Shown here in pieces: positions 43,934 through 49,341 of a DNA stretch of 49,341 bases (the stretch's first letter is position 1; each line of letters starts with the position of its first letter). Below the pieces are notes generated by a model. It was not told the DNA's origin and made no database searches. It was given only the letters and a program-made list of their open reading frames with translations. Location of the stretch: sequence record SRR20825010_7068; one strand, 5' to 3'. Made by a program: the position numbers and the translations under genes.

Positions 43934-44365
43934 ATGCAACTCACAACACATACGGATTACGCCCTGCGGGCCCTAATCTATCTCACCCTCCGGCGTAACG
44001 AGCACCCGGCCACTGTCCAGGAAATTGCCGATGCGTATCACATCTCCAACAACCACGTGGCCAAGGTCGCACAGACACTGGTGCAGTTGGGTTATGTGCA
44101 AAGCTTGAGAGGGCGAGGGGGCGGCCTGGTGATGGCGAAATCCGCGAAAGAGATCAATGTAGGGGAGCTGGTTAGGCAAACAGAAAATCTCAAACTGCTG
44201 GACTGTTTTGGCACGGAATCGTCATGCCCAATAGATCCCGCCTGCAAGCTGAAGCAGGCACTGGGACAGGCACAGACAGCTTTTCTGCAGGCGCTGGATC
44301 AGTACACTCTGGCAGACTTGACTGGCAACACTGATGAACTTCGCATCCTGCTAAAACAGGCTTAA
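43934..44365 (+). CDS. nsrR: NO-sensing Rrf2-family repressor
   Basis: MQLTTHTDYALRALIYL, SNNHVAKV, RGRGGG, three Fe-S cysteines DCF..SCPIDPAC; divergent from hmp. Confidence 0.9.
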   Translation: MQLTTHTDYALRALIYLTLRRNEHPATVQEIADAYHISNNHVAKVAQTLVQLGYVQSLRGRGGGLVMAKSAKEINVGELVRQTENLKLLDCFGTESSCPIDPACKLKQALGQAQTAFLQALDQYTLADLTGNTDELRILLKQA

Positions 44366-44367
44366 AT

Positions 44368-44388
44368 CAGGGCGCGCAAGGCGCCCTG
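44368..44388. terminator. Hairpin between nsrR and the convergent small ORF
   Basis: CAGGGCGC-GCAAG-GCGCCCTG. Confidence 0.55.
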
Positions 44389-44394
44389 TCGTCA

Positions 44395-44472
44395 TTATTT
44401 ACTGGCTCTTTTTTCCCGCCGCTTCTCTTTCAGGGTTTTCTGCGGCTTTTTCTTCACTTTTTCCTTACTCAT
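44395..44472 (-). CDS. Small Lys/Arg-rich protein, 25 aa (MSKEKVKKKPQKTLKEKRREKRASK)
   Basis: Below the ORF-track cut-off; ATG with AAAGGAA RBS, TAA stop, hairpin immediately downstream. Confidence 0.6.
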   Translation of the reverse strand: MSKEKVKKKPQKTLKEKRREKRASK

Positions 44473-44562
44473 AACGCTTTCCTTTCAAACAGGTTTCATA
44501 TTTTCCGTCTTGTCTTACGGTGAAACATGCAAGGTATGACCCTCCCTCTCTATTTGAAACAT

Positions 44563-44949
44563 TCATTTTTCTGCTGCTTTTTTCACCTTCAGCAACAGAT
44601 ACCGGTGCCCATGGCCAAGGAAACTCACATTAACCACTGCTCCGGGCAAGGCTCCCAGCAAAGCAGCGCCCAATGGAGAAAGCACAGAAATATCCTTGTC
44701 CCCCAGGGATCGCTTTCCCGCTTCTGCCAACGTGAAGGACATCTGCTCTTCATCTTCAAAACTGAACAAGGAAACACGGTCGCCCACCGCTGCCGCAGTC
44801 AGCTCACACTCCACTCCACGCAACATCTCTATTTTCTCCATCACGACCATCAGCCGGACCGGCGACAGGAAAAACAGGGGATTTTTTGCTAAATAGCGTT
44901 TTCCATAGCCATAGCGACACAACGACAAACGCTCCATAAGCGCAGCCAT
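44563..44949 (-). CDS. GreA/GreB C-terminal-domain protein (Rnk-like)
   Basis: AAVGDRVSL..FTL..DISVLSPLGAALLG..G..V signature; N-terminus short and divergent. Confidence 0.75.
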   Translation of the reverse strand: MAALMERLSLCRYGYGKRYLAKNPLFFLSPVRLMVVMEKIEMLRGVECELTAAAVGDRVSLFSFEDEEQMSFTLAEAGKRSLGDKDISVLSPLGAALLGALPGAVVNVSFLGHGHRYLLLKVKKAAEK

Positions 44950-45003
44950 AACCGTTCACCAGATTGATATAAAAAAGGGATATCGAACGATGTCGACAAC
45001 GGG

Positions 45004-45032
45004 AAAAAAGCCGGACGGCTTCCGCCCGGCTT
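45004..45032 (-). terminator. Rho-independent terminator on the minus strand
   Basis: Minus strand AAGCCGGGCGG-AAG-CCGTCCGGC-TTTTTT. Confidence 0.8.
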
Positions 45033-45218
45033 AAACCGGAAAGGTGGGGAGAAAATCCATCCAGAGGGAGAAAAGATAAAACACAGCAGCGTTCCTACAT
45101 TGATATTCAACCAACTATAGAGGCAACCATAGCCGGAATAATAAATATAGCAAGAGCACCCCGGCGAGGGCCTCTATCTTGAGCATTTAGCACCCGGGGA
45201 ACGACAACAACGCACCCT

Positions 45219-46046
45219 TCATTCTTTCATCGGCGGCACCACCGTGACCGGGTCCAGCTTGACCTCGAACCAGTTCAGACGCCAATCAAGGTGTGGCCCG
45301 GTCGCGCGGCCAGAAGCGCCCACTTTCGCCACCGGGTCGCCCTGCTTCACCGTCTGCCCGTTTTTCACCAGCACTTCGCTAAGATGGATCATGGTGGAAG
45401 AGACGCCGTAACCATGATCCATGATCAGGGTACCGCCGGAGTAGTAGTTATTCTGCTGTACCAGTGTCACCACCGCATCCGCTGGCGCCACTACCAAGGT
45501 ACCCGTGGGCCGAGCTACATCCACGCCGTAGTGCGGCCGACCTGGCTTGCCGTTATAAACCCGCTGACTGCCATAGACGCCGCTGATCCGCCCGGTGAGT
45601 GGCCACTGAAAATCGCTGAGAAAAGCCATCAGATCAGAATCGGTATCCCGCGCTGTTTTGATCTCGGCCACCTCTCGACGGATGCGCTTGAGCACCGCTT
45701 CCGGTGGCGGCTCGACTGTGCGCTTGGGCACGCCCTCAATACGCTGAATCGCATACTCACGCTTTTCCAGCGTCACCGACACCTGTTGCTGTTTATCGTT
45801 TTTTTCCAGCACCAGTGTTTGTTGCAGATCGGCATCACGCCCTACCCCCACAACGAAAAAACCCGCATCGGAGGTGCGCACTGCCCGGTCGCCCAGCTTG
45901 ACCGCCACACCCTTTTCCACCTGCCCACGCAACAAGGAACCCTGAGTACGCGGCCCTTCCAATGACAACAGCCAATCGCTGGCCATGGACAACGAAGACA
46001 ACAGGCAAAGCAGGACAAAACAAGGAATACGCACAGAAAACCTCAA
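45219..46046 (-). CDS. M23-family metallopeptidase
   Basis: Signal peptide; HYGVD (HxxxD), DHGYG..HLS, ATGPHLDW. Confidence 0.92.
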   Translation of the reverse strand: MRFSVRIPCFVLLCLLSSLSMASDWLLSLEGPRTQGSLLRGQVEKGVAVKLGDRAVRTSDAGFFVVGVGRDADLQQTLVLEKNDKQQQVSVTLEKREYAIQRIEGVPKRTVEPPPEAVLKRIRREVAEIKTARDTDSDLMAFLSDFQWPLTGRISGVYGSQRVYNGKPGRPHYGVDVARPTGTLVVAPADAVVTLVQQNNYYSGGTLIMDHGYGVSSTMIHLSEVLVKNGQTVKQGDPVAKVGASGRATGPHLDWRLNWFEVKLDPVTVVPPMKE

Positions 46047-46097
46047 AGACTAATGGGTCTATGGTTCTGCAGGCGTAGCGCGCCTGCAGAAAAAACA

Positions 46098-47684
46098 TCA
46101 CAAAAACGCGCTGCCATCTTCCACATCCAGTTGCACCGGGTCCAGATGCATCTCGCCATATTGACGCCACACCCGCGAGCGGATGAACAGCTGATAGAGA
46201 TCCGGATCCAGGTGGTCGTTGTCGCGCATGCGCTGCATGATGCCCAGCGCTTCACTGAGTTTCAGCGGTGTTTTGTAGGGACGCTCCTTTGCCGTAAGCG
46301 CTTCGAACACATCAGCGATGGCCATGATGCGGGCAGGAATCGACATCTGGTCGCGGGTCAGGCCGAGCGGGAAGCCCGTGCCATCCATTTTTTCATGGTG
46401 GCCGCCAGCGTATTCCGGTACCCGCTGCAGTTTGCGCGGGAACGGCAATGAACCCAGCATATCCAGCGTCACATCCATGTGGCCGTTGATGATCTTGCGC
46501 TCCTCCGGGGTCAGAGTGCCGCGCGGAATGCACAGGTTGTACACCTCATCATCGCTGAGCAATGGTTTTTTCTGACCCCAGGCATCAGTCCAGCTACGCG
46601 CGGCTATCTCTTTTACCCGCTGCTGATCGACGTCGGCCATGGCCTCGCCGCCCCGGTTAATCCGCTCCAGAAACGCCAGCTCTTCCTTCAAGGCATCAAT
46701 GGACTCTTCCATGCGCTGCCGGTGGGACGGCTCTTCTGCCGGTTTCAGCAAACAGTCTTTTTCGTAGCGAAACTGGATTTCTGCCCGCAGAGCAGCAAAG
46801 CGGCTGGCCACTTCATCAATCCGGTCGTGCAATGTGTGCAGCTTGGTGGACTTGTCCAACACCGAATCCGGGGTGGCCAGCTTGCCGCAGTCATGCAGCC
46901 AGGCTGCCACGTGCAGCTCGTACCAGCCCTCTTCATCCAGCGAGAAATCCGGGAACAATGCCTGATCATCACAGGTGGCCTGGGCCAGCATTTCGGTGAT
47001 GACCGGCACCCGCTGACAATGCGCACTGGTATGGGGGCTTTTCGCATCAATGGCCTGGGCCAGCACTTTGATAAACGCGTCCAGCAAGTCCTTGAGTTCC
47101 TGCACCTGGCTGAGATTGCTCAGGGCAATCCCGCCGTAGGTCAGCAGGGACTGGAAAATCAGGTGCCCATGCTCACCCAGACGTTGCAGATTGCGGGGCA
47201 CCGGTTTGTCGTAAGCCAGTTGCAACACACCGGTGACCAGGCCTTCGTGGTTATACAGTGGCCAGAGCTGCACGCCTTTGGCTTGCGGGGCCAGTGCCGC
47301 CAGCAATGCCTGATCCGCCTCATTGAGGGATGTTTGCGTCAATGCCACGGTGAGGGGCTCACCGGCGGCGAAACACTGCTCCACAATACCAGCGGCGCCA
47401 TCAGCCTCATCGGCTAATGGGCGGAACCACTGTGGTGCCTCCTTTACCGCATCACTTTCACCGGTCCCATCGCGACACAGGCAGTTCAGCCCGGCCCGGG
47501 GGCGGCCATCGGTATACAGCCATACCCAGCCCGTGTCTGCATGGCACAGGTAGAGTACTTCCTTGAGCAGCGCATCAAGCAGACGGGGTACATCTTTCTG
47601 CTCACTCAGATGCTGTGCTACCCGCAACAGTCTGGGCAACTGCGCGTTGTCTGCCATCTGTTGCGTCTGTGAGGGTGTCATCAT
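46098..47684 (-). CDS. GAF-like sensor plus HD-GYP phosphodiesterase
   Basis: IDAKSPHTSAHCQRV, AWLHDCGK, HHEKMDGTGFP.GL, IADVFEALTA.ERPYK. Confidence 0.9.
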   Translation of the reverse strand: MMTPSQTQQMADNAQLPRLLRVAQHLSEQKDVPRLLDALLKEVLYLCHADTGWVWLYTDGRPRAGLNCLCRDGTGESDAVKEAPQWFRPLADEADGAAGIVEQCFAAGEPLTVALTQTSLNEADQALLAALAPQAKGVQLWPLYNHEGLVTGVLQLAYDKPVPRNLQRLGEHGHLIFQSLLTYGGIALSNLSQVQELKDLLDAFIKVLAQAIDAKSPHTSAHCQRVPVITEMLAQATCDDQALFPDFSLDEEGWYELHVAAWLHDCGKLATPDSVLDKSTKLHTLHDRIDEVASRFAALRAEIQFRYEKDCLLKPAEEPSHRQRMEESIDALKEELAFLERINRGGEAMADVDQQRVKEIAARSWTDAWGQKKPLLSDDEVYNLCIPRGTLTPEERKIINGHMDVTLDMLGSLPFPRKLQRVPEYAGGHHEKMDGTGFPLGLTRDQMSIPARIMAIADVFEALTAKERPYKTPLKLSEALGIMQRMRDNDHLDPDLYQLFIRSRVWRQYGEMHLDPVQLDVEDGSAFL

Positions 47685-47937
47685 GGGCTATCCAGCTCCA
47701 TCGGGTTCATCCTTGGACTCTCATTGTCATCTATCCCTGCATCCCCGCCCCAAGCATAGGCGGGCGCCCGGAAACAGGCAAAATTCTGTGCCATACGTCG
47801 GTTAATCCACGATAGGCGCACTAAAGGCCGCAAAATCGCACCCCGAAGGGTGCTTAACGGCCCCCGCACCTTGAAGCGGGGGGCCTGATTGCCTACCATC
47901 TGCCGGTTCTGAGCCAATCACCTGGATCCCTTGTCTC

Positions 47938-49341
47938 ATGAGTGTGAGCTATCAACTGCCCGATGGGGCAAGCATGGAGTTTGAGCAGCCGGCCTCCGCC
48001 TTCGAGATCGCCGGACGTATCAGCAAAAAACTCGCCAAACAGGCCCTGGCCGCCAAGGCCAACGGCAACCTGATCGACGTCTATCTGCCCATCGACGACG
48101 GCGCCACGGTGGAAATCATCACCCGGGAGACCGACGAGGCCCTGGAACTGATTCGCCACGATGCCGCCCATGTCATGGCCGAAGCCGTACAGGAGCTGTT
48201 CCCGGATACCCAGGTGACCATTGGCCCGACCATTACCAACGGCTTCTATTATGACTTCCATCGGGACACCCCGTTCACACCGGATGACCTGAAAACCATT
48301 GAAAAGCGCATGCAGGACATTGTGCGCCGCAATGAGGAAATTCGGCGTGAAGTCTGGGATCGCGATGAAGCCGTGGCGTTTTTCCTGGAGAAAGGCGAGG
48401 AGTTCAAGGCCGAAATCATCCGCGACCTGCCCGCCGATCAGGAGGTAAGCCTCTACCGCCAGGGCGAATTCATCGACCTGTGTCGCGGCCCGCACCTGCC
48501 CAGCACCAGCAAACTGGGTGACGGCTTCAAGCTGACCAAGGTGGCCGGCGCCTACTGGCGTGGCGATGCCAACAACGCCCAGCTACAGCGCATCTACGGT
48601 ACCGCCTGGCGCGACAAAAAAGAATTGAATGCTCACCTCAAGCAGCTTGAGGAAGCGGAAAAGCGTGACCACCGCAAACTCGCCAAGGAAATGGGCCTGT
48701 TCCATATCCAGCAGGAAGCGGTGGGCAGCATGTTCTGGCACCCGAAAGGCTGGCGCATGCGCCAGAACCTGGAAAACTACATCCGCGGCAAGATGGAAAA
48801 AGGCGGCTATCAGGAAGTCTCCACCCCGCAGATGATGGACCGCATCCTCTGGGAACAATCCGGCCACTGGGACAAGTACGGCGAAGACATGTTCACCGTC
48901 TGCACCCACGACCACAAAGAAATGGCCGTGAAGCCGATGAACTGCCCGGGCCACGTGCAAATTTTCAAGCAAGGCATCACCAGCTACCGGGACCTGCCGA
49001 TTCGCCTCGGTGAGTTCACCACCCTGTTCCGTAACGAAGCTCACGGCGCCCTGCATGGCCTGATGCGTGCCCGCTCGTTCAGCCAGGACGATGCTCACAT
49101 CTTCTGTACCGAAGAGCAGGTCAACGAAGAAACCGCCGGTTTCATCAAGATGCTGCGCGAAGTCTATGCCGACTTTGGCTTCGACTCGTTCCGCATCAAG
49201 TTCTCGGACCGCCCGGACAACCGCGCCGGAACCGATGAAACCTGGGACAAGGCCGAAGGCGCGTTGCGCTCGGCGGTGGAGTCCCTCGGACTGGAGTGCG
49301 AACTGAACCCGGGTGAAGGCGCCTTCTACGGCCCGAAACTG
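47938..49341 (+). CDS. thrS: Threonine--tRNA ligase, 5' part; runs off the window
   Basis: Manual translation from ATG 47938: TGS domain [76 protein letters not shown]. Confidence 0.96.
   Translation, partial: MSVSYQLPDGASMEFEQPASAFEIAGRISKKLAKQALAAKANGNLIDVYLPIDDGATVEIITRETDEALELIRHDAAHVMAEAVQELFPDTQVTIGPTITNGFYYDFHRDTPFTPDDLKTIEKRMQDIVRRNEEIRREVWDRDEAVAFFLEKGEEFKAEIIRDLPADQEVSLYRQGEFIDLCRGPHLPSTSKLGDGFKLTKVAGAYWRGDANNAQLQRIYGTAWRDKKELNAHLKQLEEAEKRDHRKLAKEMGLFHIQQEAVGSMFWHPKGWRMRQNLENYIRGKMEKGGYQEVSTPQMMDRILWEQSGHWDKYGEDMFTVCTHDHKEMAVKPMNCPGHVQIFKQGITSYRDLPIRLGEFTTLFRNEAHGALHGLMRARSFSQDDAHIFCTEEQVNEETAGFIKMLREVYADFGFDSFRIKFSDRPDNRAGTDETWDKAEGALRSAVESLGLECELNPGEGAFYGPKL

Noticed and set aside
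46360-46400. GYP-to-GFP change in the HD-GYP protein as a sign of inactivity
   Set aside because: The metal-binding HD, HHE and D residues are intact, so this conservative change alone is weak evidence.
47893-49306. Short ORFs listed across the right end
   Set aside because: All overlap the plus-strand thrS frame, which runs off the window.

Overview
GC-rich gammaproteobacterial chromosome window, probably a marine hydrocarbon degrader of the Alcanivorax type (inferred from gene content, not proven). In order: the 5' end of a Fur-boxed siderophore NRPS operon (PvdE/SyrD-type exporter, MbtH, NRPS beginning with a C domain); TetR; an endonuclease I homolog with a degenerate active site; two FadE-type acyl-CoA dehydrogenase paralogs; ycaR; pldA. 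The centre (12.8-29.1 kb) is a mostly uncharacterised, divergently transcribed cell-envelope cluster. Its left arm encodes a hydrazine-synthase-alpha-like heme lipoprotein, two OM beta-barrels, TlpA, DUF4266 and DUF3570. Its right arm encodes a DUF1585-like cytochrome, a di-heme/LamG lipoprotein, a Tat-exported DUF1501-like protein and ApbE, followed by a secreted TPR pair. This cluster is the best candidate for an undescribed outer-envelope redox/transport machine. The right part holds an AraC/BVMO/esterase/SDR module, housekeeping genes, an AmrZ-like regulator next to a diguanylate cyclase, hmp/nsrR, an unannotated 25-aa basic peptide, candidate structured RNAs, an M23 peptidase, an HD-GYP protein and the 5' part of an atypical thrS. 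No rRNA, tRNA, CRISPR array or mobile element was seen. All family calls come from motif recognition by eye, not from database searches.
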